From Methanomicrobiales archaeon (GTDB taxonomy: Archaea > Halobacteriota > Methanomicrobia > Methanomicrobiales > Methanospirillaceae): a stretch of DNA of 53,811 nt. The stretch covers positions 1-53,811 of the forward strand of contig JBAXJR010000014.1 in NCBI GenBank assembly GCA_037137755.1, in the 5' to 3' direction. Numbering within the stretch: the first letter of the stretch is position 1; each line of letters opens with the position of its first letter. A program made the translations under genes and the position numbers. This document shows positions 39,206-48,623 of the stretch, piece after piece. The notes beneath the pieces were generated by a model, which saw only the letters and a program-made list of their open reading frames with translations, ran no database searches and was not told the DNA's origin.

Positions 39206-39801
39206 GCCTGGGTCTCGGGCCCGGTGATCCCGAACTCCTCACGCTGAAAGCAGTCAGACTCATCAGGGATGCAAATGAAGTGTATGTCCCGGGATCGATT
39301 GCGAAAGAGCTGGTGGCCCCATACCGGGATGCAAGGGTGCTTGAATTTCCGATGACCGATGATGAGGAGGAGATCAGCAGGTGCATGGTTCGGAACGCTG
39401 ACATTATCGCACCTGTTGCAGCGGATGGTCTTGCAGTCCTCGGTATCCTCGGCGACCCGAATTTTTTCTCCACGTATTCGAGGCTCTGCCGGACCATGGC
39501 GGAACGGCATCCGGGAATAATATGTACGAGTGAACCTGGTGTCAGTGCAATTACGGCTTTTGCCGCGGTATCAGGGGTATCACTGTCGGGAGGATTTCTT
39601 GTCACCGATGGTGGTGAACCGGATGGCCGTATCCTCCTGAAAGTGAAACGGCCGAGAGACATGGTAAGAACCCTTCAAACCGAAGGATACACGGAATTTG
39701 TCCTTGTTGAGCGGATGTTCCTCCCTGATATGCGGGTCTGCCGCGGGGATGATATCCCGGAAAAGAGTGATTACTTAAGCATCCTTTATGCAGGGCGGTG
39801 A
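39196..39801 (+). CDS. cbiL: Cobalt-factor II C20-methyltransferase
   Basis: GLGPGDPELLTLKA, FPMT, LGDPNFFSTY, PGVSA. Confidence 0.92.
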   Translation: MLVGLGLGPGDPELLTLKAVRLIRDANEVYVPGSIAKELVAPYRDARVLEFPMTDDEEEISRCMVRNADIIAPVAADGLAVLGILGDPNFFSTYSRLCRTMAERHPGIICTSEPGVSAITAFAAVSGVSLSGGFLVTDGGEPDGRILLKVKRPRDMVRTLQTEGYTEFVLVERMFLPDMRVCRGDDIPEKSDYLSILYAGR

Positions 39802-39804
39802 GCT

Positions 39805-40527
39805 ATGAACGGACCAGTAGTATACTTTGTCGGCGCCGGACCCGGGGACCCGGAACTGATCACGGTAAAGGGTCAGAACCTCCTTCTGAGCGCCGACGTC
39901 CTGATCTATGCAGGCTCACTCGTGAACCCTGCCCTCGTAGCAGAGTCCCCGGCACCGGTAAAACTTGACAGCTGGGGGATGTCGCTCGAACAGTTGATCC
40001 CTGCAATGGTCGTTCCTGCCAAAGAAGGTAAACTTGTGGTGCGGCTGCATTCAGGTGATCCATCCCTCTACGGTGCCATTGTCGAGCAGATGGAACTCCT
40101 TAACAATGAAGGGATCAGCACGAAGGTAGTTCCGGGTGTCTCCTCGATGTTTGGCGGTGCTGCCGCATTACAGGCCCAGCTGACGCTGAAGGGGATCTCT
40201 GAAAGTGTAATTATTACAAGGCCGGCAGGAAAAACCCTGGAACATGACCAGATACGCGAGCTCTCTTCCCACCTGACCACCATGGTCATCTTCCTCGGGA
40301 CGGAGCAACTCGAGGAGGTGCTCGCAAAGGTCTCTCATCCACCGGGAACACCGGCCGCGGTGGTCTACCATGCCACATGGCCTGACCAGAAGATTGTAAG
40401 GGGGACGATAGCCGATATTGCCGCGAAAGCCAGGGCAGAAGGGATCCAGCGTTCCGCACTCCTGTATATCGGAGGGGTTATAGACCCCGGGACCCGCGGT
40501 GACAGGAGGTCTTTTCTCTATTCATGA
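39805..40527 (+). CDS. cbiF: Cobalt-precorrin-4 C11-methyltransferase
   Basis: GAGPGDPELITVKG, YAGSLV, RLHSGDPSLYGA, ATWPDQ, LYS end. Confidence 0.95.
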   Translation: MNGPVVYFVGAGPGDPELITVKGQNLLLSADVLIYAGSLVNPALVAESPAPVKLDSWGMSLEQLIPAMVVPAKEGKLVVRLHSGDPSLYGAIVEQMELLNNEGISTKVVPGVSSMFGGAAALQAQLTLKGISESVIITRPAGKTLEHDQIRELSSHLTTMVIFLGTEQLEEVLAKVSHPPGTPAAVVYHATWPDQKIVRGTIADIAAKARAEGIQRSALLYIGGVIDPGTRGDRRSFLYS

Positions 40528-41396
40528 GCGACACGGTAGTTATTTCACTCGCACGGTTCGGACCTCTTGCCGAGCATATCGCCTATAAACTCGACGCCGA
40601 TCTGCTCGGTTACGAACCTGATGTCTTTTGCACCGCCTTTTCCCAGTACCGGAGAATTGTTGCGGTCATGTCAGCCGGTATCGTGGTACGGAAAGTGGCA
40701 CCCCTGCTTGTTGATAAGTGGACTGATCCCGCGGTCGTGGTAGTAAGCCCTGATATGGCCTACGCAATACCCGTTGTCGGAGGGCACCACGGGGCAAATG
40801 ACCTTGCACAAGAGCTTGCTGCACTTGGTATCCAGCCGGTCATCACCACGGCGACCGAGACGCAGGGACTCGAATCAGTTGAAGGAATTGCCACCCGGTT
40901 TGGGCGTCACGTGGCAAACAGGGATACGACCCGCGAAGTGAATGCTGGGATACTGGACAGCCGGACACGGGTATATACCGTGCAGGGGCCGGCTATTGTG
41001 CTGGCTAGTCCGGGGGTCTCGTTCCTGTCCCGTCCGGGAATCTATACGGTCGGTCTCGGGTGCAGACTGGGAGTGACCAGCGAGGAGGTCATTACCGCAG
41101 TACGCCAGGCACTCGGCGATTCCGGGATTATGCCTGATGAGGTGATGATATATGCAACGACAGAGAAGAAGATCGGAGAAACAGGGCTTGTCCAGGCAGT
41201 TGAACTGCTTGGTGGATGCCTCATATTCCTCGACGATGAAACAATTAAGGCCCAGGTGCCGGAATCCCCCTCTGCGGCCGGCCGGATTGGGCTGCCAGGG
41301 GTTGCAGAACCTGCGGCCCTTGCGGTCTCGAGGAAACGGGAGCTTGTTATGAAGAAACGAGTGTCAGGAAGGGTAACTATTGCCATCGCACGCTGA
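40524..41396 (+). CDS. cbiG: Cobalt-precorrin-5A hydrolase
   Basis: GIVVR, DKWTDPAVV, GGHHGAN, VITTAT, GLGCR, GVAEPAAL. Confidence 0.95.
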   Translation: MSDTVVISLARFGPLAEHIAYKLDADLLGYEPDVFCTAFSQYRRIVAVMSAGIVVRKVAPLLVDKWTDPAVVVVSPDMAYAIPVVGGHHGANDLAQELAALGIQPVITTATETQGLESVEGIATRFGRHVANRDTTREVNAGILDSRTRVYTVQGPAIVLASPGVSFLSRPGIYTVGLGCRLGVTSEEVITAVRQALGDSGIMPDEVMIYATTEKKIGETGLVQAVELLGGCLIFLDDETIKAQVPESPSAAGRIGLPGVAEPAALAVSRKRELVMKKRVSGRVTIAIAR

Positions 41397-42159
41397 AAAA
41401 GGGGCATTGTATATCGTGGGGACGGGACCCGGGTCACCCGGCCAGATGACCGGCGACGCGATTCAGGCAATCGAATCGGCAGATTATATCATCGGAAATT
41501 CATCGTACCTCACGGCTCTTGCACCTTTTCTCGAAGGAAAAGAGGTAATACGGAGTTCTATGGGAAAAGAGGTCGAACGTGCGCAGCAGGCTGTTGACCT
41601 CGCCCGTAGCCATGTGGTCGCGATGGTCAGCGGCGGAGACCCTGGCGTGTACGGGATGGCAAGCATTGTCCTCGAAGTACTTGAACGGAGCGGCAGCGAG
41701 ATCGAGGTGAAGATTTTGCCGGGGGTGACAGCAGCAAATGCAGCGGCATCGCGGGTCGGCTCCCCTCTTTCCGGTGATTTCTGTGTAATCAGTCTCTCTG
41801 ATCTCTTGACACCGCTTCCGGTCATCGAACAACGGCTGAGGGCGGCATTCTCAATGGGGATTCCCGTCGTTCTTTACAATCCGAAAAGCAGGGGAAGGCC
41901 CCATAACCTGTCATTGGCGCTTGGAATTGCACAGGAACATCATGCACCCGGCACCCCGGTAGCGATTGTAAAAAATGCATACCGGGAAGGGGAAGAAGTA
42001 ATTCTTACAACGCTTGGCGAGGCACCAGGCAAAGAAGACGTAGTGGATATGCACTCCACCGTTATTATCGGGGGGAGTGAGAGCAGGCTCTGGAGGATGG
42101 GCGACCATGTCAAAGGAATCATCACACCGCGGGGATACCATAGAAAATACGTATACTGA
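41380..42159 (+). CDS. cbiH: Cobalt-factor III C17-methyltransferase
   Basis: SGGDPGVYGMA, ISLSDLLTP, LYNPKS, TPRGY. Confidence 0.95.
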   Translation: MPSHAEKGALYIVGTGPGSPGQMTGDAIQAIESADYIIGNSSYLTALAPFLEGKEVIRSSMGKEVERAQQAVDLARSHVVAMVSGGDPGVYGMASIVLEVLERSGSEIEVKILPGVTAANAAASRVGSPLSGDFCVISLSDLLTPLPVIEQRLRAAFSMGIPVVLYNPKSRGRPHNLSLALGIAQEHHAPGTPVAIVKNAYREGEEVILTTLGEAPGKEDVVDMHSTVIIGGSESRLWRMGDHVKGIITPRGYHRKYVY

Positions 42160-42778
42160 CCTTGGGGCAACAACCAGGGAAGCCTTCGAGATCTCAGAAA
42201 AGAGCAGGAAACTTGCAAGGGCTACCATAGGGAATGCAACACCGGAAGACCGTATACGACAGCGGTGTTCAGTTGCAGTAGGGGATTTTTCAATGGCTGA
42301 CCTGATCAGGTTCCAGTCAGGCCCGGTACAGGCAGGCCTCGCTGCATTGGCTGCCGGTGCACCAATAATCACCGATATCAGGATGGTACAGGTTGGCGTG
42401 CAGAAAAAAGGGCACCAGAGCGAGGTGTCCTGTGCACTCGACTCCGATGAGGGGGCAGCAGAACAAGGTATTACAAGGACCTCGAAGGGATTTCAGAACC
42501 TAGGGGATACGATCAGCGGGGCAGTTATTGTGATCGGGAACGCTCCCTCCGCACTGCTGACCGTATGCCGGATGATCAGCGAGGGTCATGTGCCATCGCT
42601 CGTCATCGGAACCCCGGTCGGATTTGTTAACGCAGCTGAATCAAAGGAAATGCTCCGGACCATTGATATCCCGTCCATTTCTACCGAAGGCACGCGTGGG
42701 GGGACCCCGGTTGCCGTCGCGGCAATAAACGAGATTATTACCATGTATGCTGAGCAGCAGGACAGGAAAAAAGGCTGA
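42107..42778 (+). CDS. cbiC: Cobalt-precorrin-8 methylmutase
   Basis: TDIRMV, IGNAPSAL, PVGFVNAAESKE, RGGTPVA; ATG 42107 follows GGAGG. Confidence 0.93.
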   Translation: MSKESSHRGDTIENTYTDLGATTREAFEISEKSRKLARATIGNATPEDRIRQRCSVAVGDFSMADLIRFQSGPVQAGLAALAAGAPIITDIRMVQVGVQKKGHQSEVSCALDSDEGAAEQGITRTSKGFQNLGDTISGAVIVIGNAPSALLTVCRMISEGHVPSLVIGTPVGFVNAAESKEMLRTIDIPSISTEGTRGGTPVAVAAINEIITMYAEQQDRKKG

Positions 42779-42810
42779 TCCCAAAAATCAGGGCTACTCT
42801 TGGGTCAGGT

Positions 42811-43863
42811 ATGGAGTTTTCAACCGGTAATTCAGCAAAGGTATTAACAGACCCGGTCAGCGGTTATGAATACCCGCAGGACTGGGTAGCAGGATGCCAG
42901 AAACCGGAGCTGTTGCCACTTGTTGCCCGGGGCCTCGCCATACTTACCTCCGATGGCTCCGTTCTGATAAGAGGATATACAACGGGCACTACGGCGGCGG
43001 CTGCCTGCAAGGCTGCAGTCCTCTCGTTACAGTCCCCCGTAACTTCAGTGAAGATAACGACCCCCAGTGGTATCGTGGTGGAAATTCCGGTGAATATTGC
43101 GGAGACGGGGTCTGCAGAATGCAGGAAATATGCGGGTGATTACCCGGGTGATGTCACGGCAGGTATCCTCTTCAGGGCTGTTGCAGCACCGGCACCCGCC
43201 GGGATTACGATCCATTCCGGAAAGGGGATCGGGCGGTTTTCATACGATACACCCCGCTACGCCATGGGTGAACCGGCTATCGGCGCCCCTTCGATGGCCT
43301 GTATCACCAGTTCTGTACAGGAAGCCCTTTCCATAACTGGACACCCTGGGGTCCTGATTGAATTATCAGTCCCTGATGGGGAACAGGTAGCAAAAAAAAC
43401 GCTCAATCCACGGCTTGGCATTAACGGGGGTATTTCGGTGCTCGGTACCACCGGCCTTGTTGAGCCATGGGACGATCACCTGGAGGAGACAGTCCTCTCA
43501 AGGGTACGAAAAGCTCCCCGGGTAGTGCTCACGACCGGCCGCACCGGGCTGCGGTATGCACGGTTGTTTTTCCCGGACCACGAGGCGGTCCTCGTCGGCA
43601 GTAACATCGGAGAGTCACTCTCAGCGGCCATGGGAGAAGTTACCCTGTTCGGGCTCCCGGGCCTGGTCCTGCGTTATATTAACCCAGCTATTATTGATGG
43701 GACCGGATGCAGAACGGTTGAGGAACTCATGACAAAGCAGGAATATGATACCCGGGTCAGATGTGCTCTTGAACAGTACAAAGGGGAGTACCCTGACCTC
43801 CGTATTGTGCTTATCAGCAGAGAGGGTACAGTGACCCATGATACAGCCCGGATTTTTGTGTGA
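42811..43863 (+). CDS. cbiD: Cobalt-precorrin-5B C1-methyltransferase
   Basis: RGYTTGTTAAAA, KYAGD..DVT, TLNPRLGINGGISVLGTTG. Confidence 0.96.
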   Translation: MEFSTGNSAKVLTDPVSGYEYPQDWVAGCQKPELLPLVARGLAILTSDGSVLIRGYTTGTTAAAACKAAVLSLQSPVTSVKITTPSGIVVEIPVNIAETGSAECRKYAGDYPGDVTAGILFRAVAAPAPAGITIHSGKGIGRFSYDTPRYAMGEPAIGAPSMACITSSVQEALSITGHPGVLIELSVPDGEQVAKKTLNPRLGINGGISVLGTTGLVEPWDDHLEETVLSRVRKAPRVVLTTGRTGLRYARLFFPDHEAVLVGSNIGESLSAAMGEVTLFGLPGLVLRYINPAIIDGTGCRTVEELMTKQEYDTRVRCALEQYKGEYPDLRIVLISREGTVTHDTARIFV

Positions 43864-43996
43864 TCTCACACCGGATACCATGGATCAGGTCTGTCTATAC
43901 CAGGATACAGGAACGACGTCCCATGGAGAATCACCGTTATATTGTTCATGCAATAATCCAAGTACTAGTACAATAAGAACCAGGAGAGTGCCATTC

Positions 43997-44578
43997 ATGA
44001 AAATCGTCGGGGTCGGTTGTGGTCCGGGTATGCTTACCGAAACGGCAATCGGGGTGATATCCGGGGCTGACCTCATTTATGGTTCTAAACGGGCAATTGA
44101 AACCGTCAGGACTTATATCAGGGAAGGGTGCAGGGTCGAGGAGATCAGGGATTACCGGGGCCTTGGTTCGCTACCTGACCATGCCGTCATCCTTTCCACC
44201 GGTGACCCGATGCTTGCAGGACTCGGTTACCTGCCCGGCGAGGTAATTCCGGGGATCTCTTCGCTCCAGCTGGCTGCTGCACGACTCCACCTCTCCCTTG
44301 CACAGGTATCGGTCGTCCTGGCCCACGGTCGTGACCACTCGCACGCGACGGAAAAGACGCTGCTTGAACTTTCCCGCGGAAAAGTTGTTTTCCTTGTTCC
44401 CGACCCGAAATTCAGCGTACCTGACCTTGCAAAAGAGCTTGTACCCCGCTACCTAGAGATTACCATGGTGGTCCTTGAAAATCTCGGTTACCCGGATGAA
44501 CGTGTCCTGATGGGTACACCTGATAACCCGCCACGCCCGGCATCTGACCTTTTCTCGCTGGTAATCGGTGACCTCTGA
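43997..44578 (+). CDS. cbiE: Cobalt-precorrin-7 C5-methyltransferase
   Basis: VGVGCGP, STGDPMLAGLG, PGISSLQLA, HGR, ENLGYPDE; GGAG RBS upstream. Confidence 0.92.
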   Translation: MKIVGVGCGPGMLTETAIGVISGADLIYGSKRAIETVRTYIREGCRVEEIRDYRGLGSLPDHAVILSTGDPMLAGLGYLPGEVIPGISSLQLAAARLHLSLAQVSVVLAHGRDHSHATEKTLLELSRGKVVFLVPDPKFSVPDLAKELVPRYLEITMVVLENLGYPDERVLMGTPDNPPRPASDLFSLVIGDL

Positions 44579-44775
44579 CCAGTAGTACCTGCGGTTACGG
44601 TTCCTGATGTCCCTGCAGGTTTAATACCGTTTTTCCCGGGACACTTCCCGGATTATGGCCCGTTCAGATTGCAGAGGAGAGGAATTTTTGGTGAATCGTA
44701 ATTCCTTCTTCATTTCAGGGCGAAATACATATAGGGGGCAATGCAAATATCTAATATCCAATCCGGAGGTAATGA

Positions 44776-44955
44776 ATGGATAAAAAGATGAAAAGTGATA
44801 TCAGCCTCATTTGTTTTATTGCGGGATTTATTCTTGTCCTTCTACAGGACTTAAAAGGTCTTTCAACAATCCAACTCGGATTTGCATGGCCATGGGCTAT
44901 CATGTTCTATTCCGGGCTCCTGCTTATCCTGATCGGGTATTATTTGCGAGGGTAG
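44776..44955 (+). CDS. 59-aa two-TM small membrane protein (not in the ORF track)
   Basis: MDKKMKSDISLICFIAGFILVLLQDLKGLSTIQLGFAWPWAIMFYSGLLLILIGYYLRG; GGAGGT RBS; TACATATA promoter-like box at ~44726. Confidence 0.72.
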   Translation: MDKKMKSDISLICFIAGFILVLLQDLKGLSTIQLGFAWPWAIMFYSGLLLILIGYYLRG

Positions 44956-45056
44956 TAATGAGGGGTTTACCCGGGGTTCCCACCTTATAAATAACGGGTA
45001 TCTACCTGTTTTTTAAAAGCATAAGATAGTGGAAGCCCGGGACCAGGGCCATATCA

Positions 45057-45953
45057 ATGACGGGGACAGGCACGCCGGGACAAGGAGGGGATCCAGATAA
45101 AGCCCTGAGCCGCGTCCATTTTACAAACTTAAAAAAAATTCTCTATCCAGTCCCGGGTATAACCAAGCAGCAGGTCATCGAATATTATATTCGTGCAGCC
45201 CCAAAAATCCTTCCGTTTCTTAAAAACCGTCCGCTTACGATGCACAGGTACCCTGATGGAGTAGGGAACTTTGACTTCTATGAAAAGGACGCACCGGAAG
45301 GTACACCGGGGTATGTTGAAATATTTCCCCGGTATTCGGATACCGCAAACAGGCAGGTGGATTTTGTTGTCTGCAATAACCTCGATACGCTCCTCTGGCT
45401 TGCAAACCTCGCATCGCTGGAACTGCATATGACGCTCTCAACAACCGGATCTTATGAAAGCCCTGATATTCTCCTGTTTGATATCGATCCCGAACCACCA
45501 CTTACATTCGACGAGGTTATTCGGGTGGCACATATAGTCCGTGAACACCTTGGAAACGAAGGTCTCGTTCCCTACGTGAAGACATCAGGGAAAAAAGGCC
45601 TCCACATAGTAGTCCCACTCGCTCCCGGACACCGCTTTGACACGGTACGGGCGTTTGCCCACGGTGTCGGGAAAGCCCTGGCGAAAAATACGCCTCACGT
45701 GGTCTCGGAATTCCCGCATTCCCGCGATCCGGGAACAATATTTATCGATTACCTGCAGAACGCACACGGAAAGACAATGGTTGCCCCCTACAGCCTCCGG
45801 GGTTCCCCGATGGCAACCGTGTCGGCCCCGCTCAATTGGGAAGAACTGGTACCCGGACGCATTGCCGAAGACTTTACTATTATGACCATGCTATCGAGAG
45901 ATACCGAACCATGGAGGGGAATATTTGACAACAGGCAGAAAATCAGCATCTAA
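45057..45953 (+). CDS. ligD: Stand-alone LigD primase-polymerase (NHEJ PolDom)
   Basis: TNLKKILYP, HRYPDG, FYEK, FDIDP, KTSGKKGLH, FIDYLQN..GKT..APYSLR. Confidence 0.93.
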   Translation: MTGTGTPGQGGDPDKALSRVHFTNLKKILYPVPGITKQQVIEYYIRAAPKILPFLKNRPLTMHRYPDGVGNFDFYEKDAPEGTPGYVEIFPRYSDTANRQVDFVVCNNLDTLLWLANLASLELHMTLSTTGSYESPDILLFDIDPEPPLTFDEVIRVAHIVREHLGNEGLVPYVKTSGKKGLHIVVPLAPGHRFDTVRAFAHGVGKALAKNTPHVVSEFPHSRDPGTIFIDYLQNAHGKTMVAPYSLRGSPMATVSAPLNWEELVPGRIAEDFTIMTMLSRDTEPWRGIFDNRQKISI

Positions 45954-46890
45954 AATTGCCGGATCTGTTAAGAAAGCCGAAAACCGGAAAGGGGATGTCC
46001 TGCAACTAGTACAGGCAGAACCCAGGCCTGCTTCAACCGATCATGAGGTAACAACCGTTCCGGACACGACAGGTCAGCAGGGCGACAACGATAAGTCCGG
46101 CAGCGACCTGCAGGGAACAGCCGGAAGGCCATTCTGGAGCGGGAGCATCACAATAGGGCTTGTGAACGTCCCGGTACACCTTCACACCATGGTCAGGGAC
46201 AAATCATTTTCCTTCAGGCTGCTTCATCGCGAAGACGGTCAGCCGCTCCGGTATGACCGGGTCTGTACAAGGGATGGAAGAGTGGTACCATGGTCGGAGA
46301 CCGTGAAGGGATTCGAGGTACAAAAAGGAGAATACATTGTCATCGAACCATCTGACTTAAAGGCGATTGCACCCGTTTCTGACCGGAAAATCAGGATAGA
46401 GAAATTTGTGTATTCACTCTCCCTCGACCCGGTGCATTTCGGTACCCCGTATATCCTTACCCCGGACCGGAGTGAGGAAGCATACAGCCTCCTCCGCACG
46501 GCACTCGTTGACCTTGCCCGGGCTGCCGTAGGGACAATAACACTGCGTACAAAGGAGTATCCGGTAGTTGTACATGGATACCGGGGAGGTCTCATCCTGA
46601 CCACGCTCCGGTATGCAAACGAGGTGACATCTCCGGAAGCTTTTGAGGCCATTATCAAACTGCCAGTGCCCCGGGAAGCCGAACTTGGACTTGCAAAGCG
46701 GATCATTACTGACCTCTCGGGGGACTTCTCGATTGCTGATTACCATGACACATACAGGGATGCAGTTGAACAGCTGGTGAAGAAAAAACTTGCAGGTGAA
46801 AAGATAGTGTACGAGATCCCTCACCCAGAAGAGGCAAAAGAACTGATGCAGGCGTTGAAGGAGACTCTGGCAGCATTATCGGAAAAATAA
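45925..46890 (+). CDS. ku: Ku DNA end-binding protein (prokaryotic NHEJ)
   Basis: WSGSITIGLVNVPV, VKGFE, PYILTP, YSLLR.AL, LRYANEV, YHDTY, LMQALKETL; TTG start after GGAGGGG, start uncertain. Confidence 0.95.
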   Translation: MTTGRKSASKIAGSVKKAENRKGDVLQLVQAEPRPASTDHEVTTVPDTTGQQGDNDKSGSDLQGTAGRPFWSGSITIGLVNVPVHLHTMVRDKSFSFRLLHREDGQPLRYDRVCTRDGRVVPWSETVKGFEVQKGEYIVIEPSDLKAIAPVSDRKIRIEKFVYSLSLDPVHFGTPYILTPDRSEEAYSLLRTALVDLARAAVGTITLRTKEYPVVVHGYRGGLILTTLRYANEVTSPEAFEAIIKLPVPREAELGLAKRIITDLSGDFSIADYHDTYRDAVEQLVKKKLAGEKIVYEIPHPEEAKELMQALKETLAALSEK

Positions 46891-46909
46891 AACCCGGGTT
46901 TTTCAGACG

Positions 46910-48475
46910 ATGACACATTATTACCTCCCGATGAGTTCAAAACCTGCGGATAAACCATTCTCAAGCGAAGAATGGCTTTTCGAGATCAAATGGGACGGAA
47001 TCCGTGCGATCGCCTATGTAAATGACAGGCTGTCAGTCAGGAGCCGTAATGGAAAGGAACTCGCCGGCAGTTTCCCGGAACTGTCAGACCTCCTGGAACT
47101 GGCCCCCCATACCGTTCTTGACGGGGAGATCGTGGCAATGTCAGGAGGGCGGCCCGATATACAGGAGATCCTGCCGAGGATTACTTCCCAGGGACTGACG
47201 CATCAGCCTGCACGATTCAGCCCGGTTACCTACATTGTTTTTGACATCCTCGAACAGGATGCTATCCCGCTGGTTGGCCTTCCCCTTACCGAACGAAGAA
47301 GGATACTCCTGGAACGGGTGAAGGAGGGGCCACATGTCGTAATTTCCGACCCTGTCGACTCCCGGGGGATTGAATATTACGAGGCAGCCGTCCGGAAAGG
47401 GCTCGAAGGAGTAATGGCAAAACGTAAGGACAGCGTTTATGAACCAGGTGTCAGGAGCAACAGCTGGCTGAAAATCAAGCAGCAAAAAACCTGTGATTGT
47501 GTGATTGCGGGGTATACAAGGGGACAGGGGGGTCGTTCCCCACAGTTCGGTGCGCTTATGCTTGCCCTTTATAAGAATGGAACCGGAAAGCGCGTCGATG
47601 GAAACGATCATGGAAATGGCAGCTCAAAAGGTGCCCCTGATAACAATCACAACGACCTGATCTACATCGGTAAGGTTGGTTCCGGATTTAAAGACCGGGA
47701 CCTGACATTTTTAAAAGACCTGTTCGTACAGTACGAAACAGACACCCCTCATATCAACAGGGTGGTGCAAACAGGGGGAGTTGTATGGCTGACACCAGTC
47801 CTCGTATGCGAAGTTACCTACCAGTCGGTTACAAAAGACGGGAAATTGCGTATACCAGGGTTTATCCGTCTCCGTTCAGATAAAAGCCCGGGGGAGTGCA
47901 CAATCGATCAGCTTGACACCATGGGAGTGCAAGGTGCTGACAAGCTGGTTCCTGAAAAAGGCACATCCGGCACAAAGAAGCATTCCATTCCGGTAACGCG
48001 GGAAACAGTAGTATCCGAAGAAGCAACATTAAAAAAATACCGCACTATCAGAAATTTTCCCATAACACCGGAACCAGAAGGTGATAACGTTACAGGGGAA
48101 GAGGGAAATTACTTTGTTATCCATGAACACCACGCAAGGAACCTTCATTTTGATCTGCGGCTCGAACGTGATGGGGTGCTGAAGAGCTGGGCGGTACCGA
48201 AAGGGGTGCCGCTTGTCCCGGGTGAAAAGCACCTGGCCGTGGCAGTTGAAGACCACCCGCTGGATTATGGGCATTTCGAAGGGACGATCCCTGAGGGTGA
48301 ATATGGTGCCGGGACGGTCTCAATCTGGGACAACGGTACCTATGAAACCAAACACTGGAATCATGAAAAGATCGAGATAACGTTCCACGGAAAGAAACTC
48401 GGGGGGTTGTATGTGCTGGTCAGGTTCAAACGAGCAGGAAACAATGACTGGCTGTTATTCATGGCAGGTACTTAG
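46910..48475 (+). CDS. ligD: LigD ATP-dependent ligase fused to a C-terminal 3'-phosphoesterase (LIG-PE)
   Basis: Ligase motifs EIKWDG, LDGEI, FDIL, EGVMAK, WLKIK, RLRSDK; PE from ~48029: TPEP, HEHHARNLHFDLRLE, SWAVPKG, EDHPLDY, YGAGTV.IWD. Confidence 0.93.
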   Translation: MTHYYLPMSSKPADKPFSSEEWLFEIKWDGIRAIAYVNDRLSVRSRNGKELAGSFPELSDLLELAPHTVLDGEIVAMSGGRPDIQEILPRITSQGLTHQPARFSPVTYIVFDILEQDAIPLVGLPLTERRRILLERVKEGPHVVISDPVDSRGIEYYEAAVRKGLEGVMAKRKDSVYEPGVRSNSWLKIKQQKTCDCVIAGYTRGQGGRSPQFGALMLALYKNGTGKRVDGNDHGNGSSKGAPDNNHNDLIYIGKVGSGFKDRDLTFLKDLFVQYETDTPHINRVVQTGGVVWLTPVLVCEVTYQSVTKDGKLRIPGFIRLRSDKSPGECTIDQLDTMGVQGADKLVPEKGTSGTKKHSIPVTRETVVSEEATLKKYRTIRNFPITPEPEGDNVTGEEGNYFVIHEHHARNLHFDLRLERDGVLKSWAVPKGVPLVPGEKHLAVAVEDHPLDYGHFEGTIPEGEYGAGTVSIWDNGTYETKHWNHEKIEITFHGKKLGGLYVLVRFKRAGNNDWLLFMAGT

Positions 48476-48623
48476 AGACTCCGCCCGCATAACCTGACAT
48501 GACAACCGTCCTGCCGGCTGACTGGTGGTTTGGATTTATTTTTAACAGCGTGGAATTTCCCACGTTATGAAAACGGAATATTATCTTCAGACGACACACT
48601 CTTTAAAAAAGTTGATCTTTTTA

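Noticed and set aside
42149-42151. Second ACG start for cbiC (ACG TAT ACT GAC)
   Set aside because: An in-frame ATG with a GGAGG RBS exists at 42107
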